This document shows, in pieces, positions 1 through 8,974 of a stretch of DNA of 64,000 nucleotides. Under the pieces are notes generated by a model that searched no databases, was not told where the DNA came from, and saw only the letters and a program-made list of their open reading frames with translations. Source of the DNA: an archaeon. GTDB taxonomy: Archaea > Micrarchaeota > Micrarchaeia > Norongarragalinales > UBA97. The stretch is from positions 96,001-160,000 of the forward strand of contig JAGVFW010000003.1 of NCBI GenBank assembly GCA_020057405.1, in the 5' to 3' direction. The position numbers were made by a program, and so were the translations under genes. Within the stretch, counting starts at the first letter, position 1; each line of letters opens with the position of its first letter.

Positions 1-2
1 AG

Positions 3-2237
3 GACGGCAAGACAATCAGTTTTGCGGCTGCTGCAGTGCCCGCAAACTTGGCTGCCAAGAAACCGGCGTCACTGGGAGACTTGTCTGTTGAGATTGCCGA
101 CCCGTTCCTCGTTGGCAACGGCGATGCGCTAAAGGAGCCGGGCATTGGCGTGCCTTTTGTCGCGCGTGTGCTGCTGGTTAACCGCGGCACCGAGTCATTG
201 GGCCCCGCGTTTAGCCTGCACGCCTACGTTGACGGGGTGCAAGTGTATTCCGCCACAATCGAGCGCACTCTGGCGCCCCGCGAGTCTTTTGCTTATGAAA
301 TTCCACTCACGTCCAACAAGTTCGGACAGCAGCAGGTTGCGGTCGAGGCCGGCGACCTGCAGGGAACTACGGGCTGCGGGTTTAGCGAAGTTACGCTTTA
401 CAACAATAAGCTTACTGAAACAGTCACCGTCGCCACCGACCCCGTGGCGGATACTGAAGGAAGGCCGATTGTCAAGTGCGATGACGGCACCGTAGTCGGC
501 AGCTGCAGTAGCCAAACGCCGGACAAGTATTGTGCCCTCGCGCCACTCCTGACGCCCCAGGGAAGCACGCCCGGCTGGGTGTCCGCCGACGGCAAGGCGC
601 CTGGCACGGTCAATGACGATTATTCTGGCACTTCGTGCGCGGGCTTGAGTTCTCCGACAACTCAAAAGTGCTTCGGCGGCGCGAAAAACGCGCTTTCGGG
701 CACCGCAACCTACTCGGGCCTCGTGCGCGTGTTTAATGGCGAGGACATCACATTTACCATCGAGCCCGACGACGACGGCGTGCTTTACTTTGACGGCGAG
801 GCTTTCTTGGCCGCCCACTATGAAGTGCAGGGAGACGGAACGCCTAGGAGAAAGACGGCAACTGCAACGCGTTTTGTCACCGCCGGCCTCCACTCGATCC
901 AATTTAGCACAACTAACATCGAACCCCCTGATGTCGGCGGATTCATTTACTGGAAGGGCGAGTCGTTCCCGGAGCAGGAAATTTCGCCCGCGGTCTTTCT
1001 AGAGTGCAATGGCGGGACCGGCAGCGACTGCCATGATGTCCCGAGGCTCTTGCCAATGCCGCCTAACGGCTGCACTTGGGTTGAAAAATCAATATGCCCC
1101 GCGGGCAGTTACTCTTGGAACTGGGAGCTTCAGTGCCGCCGCGAGACTTGCGCGCGCGTTGGCGGCTCTTTAATCGGCTGCGAGTGCAGCGACGGGACTC
1201 CCGCAAGCGAGTGCAGCCTTGACTCGCGTGGACTCATTTGCGCATTTACTGGTTCTAACAACAACCTAGTCGGCGGCGGTAGCGTCACCCTCAAGCAGGA
1301 TGACCGCTGCGCTGTTGGCGGCGGGACCTGCACCGAAGGCTGGACTGACAAGACGGGCACGCAAACGGGCCTTATTGAATTTACTTACCACGAGCCCTAC
1401 CTCGACACTTACGGCCAGGGCACGATAACACACACTGGCACTTCGCCTCGCCTCGAGTTTGATGGGAAAGCAAGCGATTACAGCGCAACGGGCTATCTTA
1501 AGGTTATCCAGCCGCGCGTGGTCGCGTTCAAGTTGTCTTCGCAGGAGCACGCGAAGTTCTTCATCAACGGCAGGCTTGTCTTTGAGAAGAAGCAATGCCG
1601 AGGCGCGCTAAACTGCCCGCCGGCTGTTGTCGTCTCCCGCTTCCTTGACGCTAATGTCTACCGCGTGAATGTTGATGTTGTTGATGAAGCTTCAAGCGGC
1701 GGCAATGGCCACGTTGGAGTCAAGCTCGAATGGCAGGCCAAGCCGCCCGAAGGCACCTGCACTTCGGGCCTGCCGTTTGAACCAATCGGCCCGTCAAACT
1801 GCGGTGGCCCGACGCCGACTCCCACTCCAAGCATCACGCCAACCCCGACTCCCACACCGACAATCACCCCGACGCCACCGCCACAGTGCAACGATGACAG
1901 CCAATGCCAGCCGCCTGACAAGTGCACGCCAATCTGCGTGAGGCAAGGCAATGTCATCGTGTGCTACGGCGTTTGCGAACCGCCGTGCGACGGGACTTGC
2001 AGGGACGGCTACGTCTGCATCGAACCCTCGCCGACTCCGACGCCAACCATCACGCCATTCCCAACGCCAAGCCCCACGCCAATAAACTGCGGCGCGTGCG
2101 AGGCTATCCAAGGCAACGCGGCCTTGCCCGGTTACTGCTACGTTGCGCCCCCAGACGGGTGTGGCTATCCGACGCCAACGCCCTACCCTACGGGAACACC
2201 TACTGCAACAGCTGACATCACGCCCCTTCCTGCTTAG
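3..2237 (+). CDS. Large Cys-rich surface protein/adhesin with CARDB-like domain, two PA14-like domains and Pro/Thr repeats (5'-partial)
   Basis: Frame is open from the window edge. CARDB-like segment (DLSV...VLLVNRG...AYVDG...YNNKLT), PA14-like segments (YSGLVRV...FTIEPDDDGVLYFDG; ATGYLKV...FKLSSQEHAKFFING), many Cys and PTPTP tracts. Confidence 0.7.
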   Translation, partial: DGKTISFAAAAVPANLAAKKPASLGDLSVEIADPFLVGNGDALKEPGIGVPFVARVLLVNRGTESLGPAFSLHAYVDGVQVYSATIERTLAPRESFAYEIPLTSNKFGQQQVAVEAGDLQGTTGCGFSEVTLYNNKLTETVTVATDPVADTEGRPIVKCDDGTVVGSCSSQTPDKYCALAPLLTPQGSTPGWVSADGKAPGTVNDDYSGTSCAGLSSPTTQKCFGGAKNALSGTATYSGLVRVFNGEDITFTIEPDDDGVLYFDGEAFLAAHYEVQGDGTPRRKTATATRFVTAGLHSIQFSTTNIEPPDVGGFIYWKGESFPEQEISPAVFLECNGGTGSDCHDVPRLLPMPPNGCTWVEKSICPAGSYSWNWELQCRRETCARVGGSLIGCECSDGTPASECSLDSRGLICAFTGSNNNLVGGGSVTLKQDDRCAVGGGTCTEGWTDKTGTQTGLIEFTYHEPYLDTYGQGTITHTGTSPRLEFDGKASDYSATGYLKVIQPRVVAFKLSSQEHAKFFINGRLVFEKKQCRGALNCPPAVVVSRFLDANVYRVNVDVVDEASSGGNGHVGVKLEWQAKPPEGTCTSGLPFEPIGPSNCGGPTPTPTPSITPTPTPTPTITPTPPPQCNDDSQCQPPDKCTPICVRQGNVIVCYGVCEPPCDGTCRDGYVCIEPSPTPTPTITPFPTPSPTPINCGACEAIQGNAALPGYCYVAPPDGCGYPTPTPYPTGTPTATADITPLPA

Positions 2238-2249
2238 GAGATGTAAAAA

Positions 2250-3476
2250 ATGAACAACAAATTCATCGGAATCGCTGCAATTGCGCTAGTGCTTCTCGTC
2301 GTGGTCGCGCCACAGCAGGCAACGGCCAAGCCGGCAGTGTGCGGAGACCTCTTCTGCGACCCCGGAGAGTGCGGCGCGTGCCCTGGCGACTGCAACCCAG
2401 TGTTGTGCCCCAGCCCCACGCCTACTGCAACGCCCACTCCCTCGCCAACCATAAGCCCGACGCCTTCGGGCAGTCCCACTCCAACGCCAACCGGCACGCC
2501 CTTCCCGACACCTAGCCCGACTCCCGACATTTGCGTGCTTTGCCAAACGCAAGGATACGGCCTGCCGTGCCCGGGCTACTGCGGCGGCGGAGTTTGCGTG
2601 CCAATAGAGTGCAAGTTTAACTCCGACTGCCTGCCCGGCTGGGAGTGCCTGCAAATCTACAGCGTCCAGTGCCCGGTCGGCCTGCAGAACCGCTGCCCTA
2701 CAGGCAGAGTTTGCGTGCCCCCCGCCCCGACTCCAAGCCCCGTGCCAACTGCAACGCCAGTGCCTTCACCAACTCCTAGGCCCAAGCCTACTCCCACTAT
2801 AGCCCCAACTCCTTCAGTAGAGCCATTCTGCGGTGACGCAATCTGCTCTGCGGGCGAAAGCTGCGCCAGCTGCGCTACTGACTGCGGAAGGTGCTCGCAA
2901 AAAGACATTTGCGGCGACGGAATTTGCGGCCTTACTGAAGACCAGAAGACCTGCCCGGCCGACTGCGCGGGACCGACAATAACGCCGGGACCAAGCGCAA
3001 CGCCCGCGCCTACTCCAATATTCATCACTCCAGCGCCTACGGCAACGCCAATCGGAGGAGGCGGTACGACGCCCACTCCAACGCCGGTGCCAACTGCAAC
3101 GCCAATAGCAATCGGCTGCGGTGACGGCATCTGCTCGGCGACAATCGCAATCGACGGCGCAGTAGGCGGAATCAGCAGTTCCAAGGTCAGCGTTGGTGAA
3201 ACGTGTTCGAGCTGCCCGGCTGACTGCGGAGTGTGCGTGACTCCGGCGCCTACTGCAACTCCGACACCCCTGCCAACTGAGGTAATCGTTACTGCGGTCC
3301 CGATTGGCGGCTCGGTTCCAGTTATCACCCCGACGCCCGTACCGACTGCAACGCCCGCTGGAGGCATTGACGCGGCCCAGGGAGGCAACCAGGCGACGGG
3401 CTTCTCGCTTAACCGCGATGCTATAACGCCGTTCTTCCGCGCAATGGCCTGCCGATTCATCGGCTTAGGCTGCTAA
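2250..3476 (+). CDS. Secreted Cys-rich protein with CGDxxC modules and Pro/Thr linkers
   Basis: Signal peptide (MNNKFIGIAAIALVLLVVVA), four CGDxxC...CxxDC modules, PTPTP linkers, SD-like GGAGATG upstream. Confidence 0.8.
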   Translation: MNNKFIGIAAIALVLLVVVAPQQATAKPAVCGDLFCDPGECGACPGDCNPVLCPSPTPTATPTPSPTISPTPSGSPTPTPTGTPFPTPSPTPDICVLCQTQGYGLPCPGYCGGGVCVPIECKFNSDCLPGWECLQIYSVQCPVGLQNRCPTGRVCVPPAPTPSPVPTATPVPSPTPRPKPTPTIAPTPSVEPFCGDAICSAGESCASCATDCGRCSQKDICGDGICGLTEDQKTCPADCAGPTITPGPSATPAPTPIFITPAPTATPIGGGGTTPTPTPVPTATPIAIGCGDGICSATIAIDGAVGGISSSKVSVGETCSSCPADCGVCVTPAPTATPTPLPTEVIVTAVPIGGSVPVITPTPVPTATPAGGIDAAQGGNQATGFSLNRDAITPFFRAMACRFIGLGC

Positions 3477-3492
3477 ACGAAGTGAAGAGCAA

Positions 3493-3618
3493 ATGGACCG
3501 GAAGAATGCGGGCTATGTTATCCTCCTAGTCGGCCTCGTGGCCGCGGTTGGAGTTCCGGACTACAGCATCATTGGGGCGGCTTTGATGGTCGCGGGCCTG
3601 CTTTTGGCTTTTAGTTAG
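3493..3618 (+). CDS. Small 41-aa membrane protein (not in ORF track)
   Basis: Hand translation MDRKNAGYVILLVGLVAAVGVPDYSIIGAALMVAGLLLAFS* gives two hydrophobic segments. It fills the gap exactly and its stop overlaps the stop of the convergent ORF. Confidence 0.55.
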   Translation: MDRKNAGYVILLVGLVAAVGVPDYSIIGAALMVAGLLLAFS

Positions 3619-4559
3619 GGATTCTGGGGCGCAAGCCGGTTGATTGCCGCTGCGTTGCGGGCATAGTCAGCTCCGTTGACAAAGAGCCTCACGCCGTGGC
3701 TGCGCTCGATGTAGGCAGCCAGTTGGGCGGGCACGTCGTAGAGGCCCAGTTGCTCTCCCGCCATCGCGCTATTGGTACCCAAGAGGCGCTTGAACTCCTC
3801 TGCAGTAACCCGCTCGGAATAGTCGTTGCCAGACAAGCTATAAGACTCGACTGCGGGAGTGCCGTCCTCGTCACGGTACTGCACTTGAATCTCGTCCTTG
3901 ACCCGCACTATTTTCTCGACAGAACCACCCCGGCCGAAGATGCCTGAAAGCACTTCCTTTGCGGGCACTGCCTCGAGTCCCAACTGCCTGCCCGTCAATG
4001 AACTAGCGCCGTCAAGCACTTTTTTGAACTCTTCGGCGGTAAAGCGCTTGCTCTTGTCGGCGTCGGCCAAGTTTAGTTCGGTTACGCGGCCGTAGCCTTT
4101 GCTATCGAACCAATGAACGCGAATTGCGTTGCCCGCGTCGTCAACGCGGTTTAGCTTCCCGCCGCTTTTGACTAGCCCGTCGACCATCTTTTTGGCCGCG
4201 CCGCTTCCCCAATCGACTATTACCGGCTTTGGAACGGCAGGCGAACGCGAGTTTATCGCCTGCATTGCCTCCATGTCGCGGCCCCGGCTGCTCTTCTGCA
4301 GCTCGTTTCGAAGCAAGCGCAGGTACTCCTCGCTTGCGCGCTGTTGTTTTGACTTGAAGAGCCCGAATAACCAGCCCCTGCCGACTGACTCGTTAAGCAG
4401 CCGTCGGCTCTCGCGCTCCCACTCGCCGGAGTCCTTCCAAAGGGGGTTGGCACCTTCCTTGCGCTCGACTCCCATGCGCAAAAACTGCTCGGCCGCTGCG
4501 CGCTGGGCTTCGCTTTTGAAAAGCACGAGGCTGCGCGCTGCGTCGAAGAACCGCTTCAC
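3615..4559 (-). CDS. Hypothetical protein with two internal duplications
   Basis: 314-aa ORF. Repeats LFKSEAQRAAAEQFLR/LFKSKQQRASEEYLR and RFTAEEFKKVL...QLGLEAVPA/RVTAEEFKRLL...QLGLYDVPA. Confidence 0.65.
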   Translation of the reverse strand: MKRFFDAARSLVLFKSEAQRAAAEQFLRMGVERKEGANPLWKDSGEWERESRRLLNESVGRGWLFGLFKSKQQRASEEYLRLLRNELQKSSRGRDMEAMQAINSRSPAVPKPVIVDWGSGAAKKMVDGLVKSGGKLNRVDDAGNAIRVHWFDSKGYGRVTELNLADADKSKRFTAEEFKKVLDGASSLTGRQLGLEAVPAKEVLSGIFGRGGSVEKIVRVKDEIQVQYRDEDGTPAVESYSLSGNDYSERVTAEEFKRLLGTNSAMAGEQLGLYDVPAQLAAYIERSHGVRLFVNGADYARNAAAINRLAPQNP

Positions 4560-4590
4560 AAATTGCTTAGCGCGAGGGTGTTAAAAAAAG

Positions 4591-4719
4591 CGCCGGGAGG
4601 GAGATTCGAACTCCCGCACCCGTGAGGGAACTGGTTGGCCCGTGTTGAAAGCCGAAGGCCCATAAGTAGGGCGTTAGGCTATTTCGAGACCAGCGCGATA
4701 ACCACTCTGCCATCCCGGC
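4591..4719 (-). tRNA. tRNA-Ser(CGA) with 46-nt intron at 37/38 (intron 4637-4682)
   Basis: Acceptor GCCGGGA/TCCCGGC, G73, anticodon stem CTGGT/ACCAG with CT-CGA-A, long variable arm, T arm GGGAG-TTCGAAT-CTCCC. C32-G35 pair with intron CGGG (relaxed BHB). Confidence 0.92.
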
Positions 4720-4773
4720 CTGAAAGTATTGTGACCGCGGAAGCTAATTAAATCCACGGGCACATTTCTTTCC

Positions 4774-5376
4774 ATGGCAGTAGTCTCAAGAGTGGTTGTT
4801 CTGACCCACCCCCACTTCATGGTAAACTATAGCCTGAACGCCAGGCTACCGGCCTCAAGCGCCATGCTGGAAAAGCTGCATCCGAAAGTCGAGGAGCTAG
4901 CGCAGGGAAACGAGGTGGCCCGTAAAAAACTGCTTTACCTCGCCTCGCTGCAAAACCATTACCGCACTCAGGTTGACGCGATTGCGAAAGAATCCGGCAC
5001 CCACTTGATTTTCCTCGCCGACATTTTCCACAGCGACCCGGACTACATAGGCAATGAAATGGAGGAACTGTCCAGGGCAGGGCTGTCTTCCGAAGTTGCG
5101 AAAAACGTCTTTGACTTTGCGCACGACATGCAGGCGAAGCTCGCTTCCTACGCGAAGGAAAAGATGGCAGACCGCATTTGGGTTTCAAGGGCCACGCCAG
5201 CTTCCGCCGGCCGCGTGCTAAAGGGATACCTTCGACGCAATGGGCACGACCTTCACCCGAAAGCTGAAATCAGCGTCTTTGGCGAATGCTTAGGCGAGTG
5301 CGTCGACGAAGCGCATCAAAGCCTGAAGGATGCCGGCTTTAGAAACGCGGTAATCGACAGGACAAAATCAATTTAA
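4774..5376 (+). CDS. Hypothetical protein, possibly isochorismatase/cysteine-hydrolase-like fold
   Basis: 200-aa ORF after a TATA-like TTAAAT. N-terminal VVVLTHPH strand and C-terminal VFGECLGECV...L...G pattern. The fold call is weak. Confidence 0.55.
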   Translation: MAVVSRVVVLTHPHFMVNYSLNARLPASSAMLEKLHPKVEELAQGNEVARKKLLYLASLQNHYRTQVDAIAKESGTHLIFLADIFHSDPDYIGNEMEELSRAGLSSEVAKNVFDFAHDMQAKLASYAKEKMADRIWVSRATPASAGRVLKGYLRRNGHDLHPKAEISVFGECLGECVDEAHQSLKDAGFRNAVIDRTKSI

Positions 5377-5380
5377 AAAA

Positions 5381-5517
5381 TAGTAATGCGAACACGTATG
5401 ACCGAATTAGTACCGCTTGTTGCGGTGATTGCACACCCCCACTTTCGGGCGAAGTCCACAACGTGTGCGTCACAGAAACCCACGAAAGCATTGTCGCGGC
5501 TGGTTTTGCCAGAGCCA
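5381..5517. ncRNA. Candidate structured non-coding RNA (unidentified); alternatively a short ORF remnant
   Basis: Lies in a ~175-bp gap between convergent genes with several helices (AATGC/GCATT, ACACGT/ACGTGT, ACCGC/GCGGT, GGC-TGG/CCA-GCC). A T-run ends the minus strand at ~5375-5380. Confidence 0.3.
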
Positions 5518-5551
5518 AAATAGCTAGAGAAAAGTCTTTGGGATAAGCTGC

Positions 5552-6475
5552 CTAGAACTGCACTAGCGAGCGGTACTGCTCGAAGCGCTCGGCAATGTCC
5601 TCGGCGTCTATTGCCGCGAGGCGCTTTAGGGAGAAGTCCTCCACAGCGAAGCTGCCCATCACGCTGCCGTAAGCAATTGCCTTTCGCAATTGCGCTGGAG
5701 TGAGGCCGTCGCGCTCGACGCCGTGCTTTGCGAGGTAGCCGATGAAACCGCCGGCGAATGAGTCGCCTGCGCCCGTCGGGTCCTTTAGTTCCTCTAGCGG
5801 AAATGCGGGGAAGGGATAGACTGCGCCGTGATAGAAGAGGAGGCAGCCGTGCTCGCCTTTCTTGATGACAACTACCTTGGGGCCCATGTCCCAAATCTTT
5901 TTGCCGGCCTTTAGGAGATTGCTTTCTTTTGTGAGAAGGCGAACTTCTGCGTCGTTAAGCACGAGGCAGTCAACAGCGGCGATTGTCTTTAGGAGCGCCT
6001 CGCGCTCGGTGTTGATGTAGAACTCAATAGTGTCCATTGCGGAGAAGCCGCAGTTTTTCACGCTCTTTAGCACGGCGAGCTGCTTTTGCGGCGGCATTGT
6101 CGCGAGGTAGACGAAGCGCGAGTTCTCTGCAGCCGAGTTAGGCACTACAGGATTGAAGGTCGCCAGGCTGTTTAGCTGCGTCTCGTTCGTCGTCCGGCCG
6201 CCCAAGTCGTAGCCGAAGGAAGAGTCGTAGAAGAACGTCTTTTCGCTTGCCGAACGCTGCACGCCAGCCAAGTCAAGGCCGGTGCGTTTTGCGAGGAAAT
6301 CCCAGTGCTCTTTAGGAAAGTCGTTGCCCACAATGCTCACCAAGCTTACTGGTGAAAAGAAGCTCGCGCTGTAGCTAAAGTAGCTGGCCGCCCCGCCGAG
6401 TACGCGCTCTGCAGTCGCGAAAGGCGTGCGAGTCGTGTCAAGGGCTATCGAGCCCGCGCAAAGAATGGATTGCAT
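5552..6475 (-). CDS. PfkB/ribokinase-family carbohydrate kinase
   Basis: GSIALD...LGGAA N-terminal motif, LNDAE, and DPTGAGDSFAGG PfkB signature. Confidence 0.9.
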   Translation of the reverse strand: MQSILCAGSIALDTTRTPFATAERVLGGAASYFSYSASFFSPVSLVSIVGNDFPKEHWDFLAKRTGLDLAGVQRSASEKTFFYDSSFGYDLGGRTTNETQLNSLATFNPVVPNSAAENSRFVYLATMPPQKQLAVLKSVKNCGFSAMDTIEFYINTEREALLKTIAAVDCLVLNDAEVRLLTKESNLLKAGKKIWDMGPKVVVIKKGEHGCLLFYHGAVYPFPAFPLEELKDPTGAGDSFAGGFIGYLAKHGVERDGLTPAQLRKAIAYGSVMGSFAVEDFSLKRLAAIDAEDIAERFEQYRSLVQF

Positions 6476-6547
6476 GAAAATAGTTTGTGGCGGAAAAGAA
6501 GATATACCTTTAAGCTCGGCGTCCCCCCTAGGTTATTGGGAAATGGT

Positions 6548-8590
6548 GTGGAAATCAAAGTAGCCTTGTTGTTAATCACCGCGTGTCTCGTTCTAACCGG
6601 TTGCTTGCAGCAAGAGGCGCCCGAAGCGACTCCGACCCCCACGCCAGCCATTGAAACGCCGACTCCAACTGCCGAGCCGACGCCATCGCCTACGCCAAGC
6701 CCCACTCCGTCGCCAACGCCGTTGCCGACTCCAATGCCAAAGACGTTCCTGCCATTCCCGTCGGTTGAGAACGGCACTGGCTTTTCCATCCAAACGCAAC
6801 TTTACGATTTTCTTGACGAGAGCCAGAACACTGTCGGCGACTACGGCCGCGTCAACGACATTTTCTGGAGTCCGATAACTGGGAACATCGCCAGCATGGG
6901 AGGGTACAAAATCATCGGCTACAAGCGCGGCATCGCGGGAACCGTCTCCACCCAGCAGGACTACTACTTCCTTGCAGGCAGATCGTACTACGACGACAAC
7001 CAAACCGCTTACGTCGCCCGCTACCTACAAGCCTGGCAAGTCATCAACTTCACGCCCGCAATCACCTCGACCGTCATCGCAAACACACACCCGACGATAT
7101 ACATCTTCGGGCAAGAGTACCAAATTGACAACTTCTGGCCCGGCAACTCGAGCCTAGGGCCCGAAGTGACTTTATCGAGAAACAGCACAATACAATCAAT
7201 AAGAAGCCTTACGATTACAATCGGAGAAAAGTTTGAGCTAGATAATGGAAAGCAAATACGACTACAAAAAACCACTCCTCACAGCAGTAATGGCGTGCCC
7301 TACGCTACATTTGAAATTTTAGAAAATAACCTAACGCTTGATTCCACTAGCGTTAACGTGTCACAAGGATTCTATGAAAAAAACGATGTCAGAATCGCAG
7401 TAAAAGACATTAATGAGAACAATTCAATAATTGATGTTGACGCCTCAGCCAAAACCCGATTGAAACTCGCTGACCTCGAACCGATAACAATAACTCAAGA
7501 TGCAAATAAAAGTCAGATTCTATTCACCCAACGGAAGAAAGCGGGCGAGGTTATCGACGCGCCCGGAAACCTGCGGTTGATCCTAGTTTCGATTTCACCA
7601 TACTCCGATTATAACTCACCATTCGCAAGCTTTGAAATTACTCAAAACGGTGCGCGGCTTGACTTCTTTAGCATGAGCAAATCTAGCCAAACCTATTCAA
7701 AGTACGGATTGCAGCTTACGGTTCACGATGTGTTTGTCGGCGGAGGGGATTCCTCCTATGTCGATTTCACTGTGGGCGATGGTTCAAAGTCAGTCAACCA
7801 GGCCAACTACGATAATGGTTGGTCGGTGCGCGTGCGGGCGGAAGATTTCCCGGAGAACCTTAGCTTTATGCCGGCGCTAAAAAGCATCGAGTTGAGGCAA
7901 GCGCCTTCGGACTTCGTTTCTGAAGGCGGTTCGATTAACATGATTTCATGGCCCGTATTCGCACGGCTTACATTCAACGGCCGAACGCAGGTGCCTTTCG
8001 ACACTTTCAACTTGGAGGCATTGGGCCAGCGCAGGTTCTTCATCAACGGCAGTCCCGTTGAATTCGACGCGGTGCTTTTGACTGTTGGCGACAAGTTTTT
8101 GGATGTCGGGAACGGAGCGAACGCTTCGCAGGTCCTCATCGACGCTTCCGAAAACGGCGCGTTCTACTACGCTGCGGACGAAAACCAGTCGATTTACGGA
8201 AACTCGAGCATTTTGAAAGTGCAAACTGATTTTGTCAAGTACACTGGCGACTTTGACTCAAACGTGTCAAGAAATCCGTTGATTTACCACTCTAACGACG
8301 GCACGCTGCAGGTAGAGGAGCTATACGGGTTCGCCAACCACTCTTACTACAATGGCCACTTTGCAATCGGGCTGCCGAAGCTTGAGTCCAACGACACTCC
8401 GGAAGTGAGGTACTACTTTGACACGCCCGGAATCGACAAGGTCAGGCAGCTCAATTCGGGTGCGCAAGTCAAGGAAGGCTGGGTTTCACCGCTCGGGTCA
8501 GTCCTCTCTAGCGACCGGCCGGGCCAAATAAGCATCAACCACGCCAGGACGCAAGCTTACGCAGTATACTACTTCACCGTAACGCCCTAA
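6548..8590 (+). CDS. S-layer-like lipoprotein with Pro/Thr stalk
   Basis: Probable GTG start at 6548, lipobox LVLTGC, PTPTP/PSPTP linker, beta-rich body with many NxS/T sequons and a duplicated ~65-aa domain. Confidence 0.7.
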   Translation: MEIKVALLLITACLVLTGCLQQEAPEATPTPTPAIETPTPTAEPTPSPTPSPTPSPTPLPTPMPKTFLPFPSVENGTGFSIQTQLYDFLDESQNTVGDYGRVNDIFWSPITGNIASMGGYKIIGYKRGIAGTVSTQQDYYFLAGRSYYDDNQTAYVARYLQAWQVINFTPAITSTVIANTHPTIYIFGQEYQIDNFWPGNSSLGPEVTLSRNSTIQSIRSLTITIGEKFELDNGKQIRLQKTTPHSSNGVPYATFEILENNLTLDSTSVNVSQGFYEKNDVRIAVKDINENNSIIDVDASAKTRLKLADLEPITITQDANKSQILFTQRKKAGEVIDAPGNLRLILVSISPYSDYNSPFASFEITQNGARLDFFSMSKSSQTYSKYGLQLTVHDVFVGGGDSSYVDFTVGDGSKSVNQANYDNGWSVRVRAEDFPENLSFMPALKSIELRQAPSDFVSEGGSINMISWPVFARLTFNGRTQVPFDTFNLEALGQRRFFINGSPVEFDAVLLTVGDKFLDVGNGANASQVLIDASENGAFYYAADENQSIYGNSSILKVQTDFVKYTGDFDSNVSRNPLIYHSNDGTLQVEELYGFANHSYYNGHFAIGLPKLESNDTPEVRYYFDTPGIDKVRQLNSGAQVKEGWVSPLGSVLSSDRPGQISINHARTQAYAVYYFTVTP

Positions 8591-8659
8591 CTCTAGCCGC
8601 TGGCCCCCGGCGCAACGGCTTTTAACGCTTGCCGCGCTAATGATTGCGGTGGGTTTAGT

Positions 8660-8974
8660 TTGACGGTTTTCACGGAGTGGCCTTCGGCCCTTACCCTGCT
8701 GCAAACGCTTTTTGCGCTAGTCGTTTTCCTCTTCCTTCCGGGCTACTTCATCGCCCTCGCGCGCCAAAAGCGGACCGACTTTAAGTCATTGCTTTTTGAG
8801 TCGCCGGCAGAGGCGGTTGGCGAAAGCGTGCTTGTCTCGGCGCTCTTACTCGGGTTTGCGTCAATGGCACTCAGCTTTTCAATCGGATTTAGCACACTAG
8901 CGATAGTCATTGTCGAAATGGCCGTACTTGGCGGCACGTGGTTTTATTGGACAAAGACAAGCAAGCGAACGTGA
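8660..8974 (+). CDS. Small 3-TM membrane protein resembling the N-terminal TM module of the neighbouring GT-C proteins
   Basis: FLFLPGYF...AVGESVLVS...GFS mirrors FFFTTGYA...KVGASIVAS...GYS in 11289-13382. Confidence 0.7.
   Translation: MTVFTEWPSALTLLQTLFALVVFLFLPGYFIALARQKRTDFKSLLFESPAEAVGESVLVSALLLGFASMALSFSIGFSTLAIVIVEMAVLGGTWFYWTKTSKRT

Noticed and set aside
1658-3460. Long minus-strand Gly/Val-rich ORFs (e.g. 2657-3460, 1658-1957)
   Set aside because: These are antisense shadows of Pro/Thr-repeat coding sequence.
4560-4600. Integrated element at tRNA-Ser (or other tRNA) 3' ends
   Set aside because: No duplicated tRNA 3' fragment or integrase was seen in this window.
5381-5520. Identification of the gap as 5S rRNA, RNase P RNA, SRP RNA, Y RNA or a self-cleaving ribozyme
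   Set aside because: Only isolated words match (GAAGTCC, ACAGAAAC). I could not find P4 pairing, 5S loop C/E motifs, SRP helix 8 or a hammerhead core.
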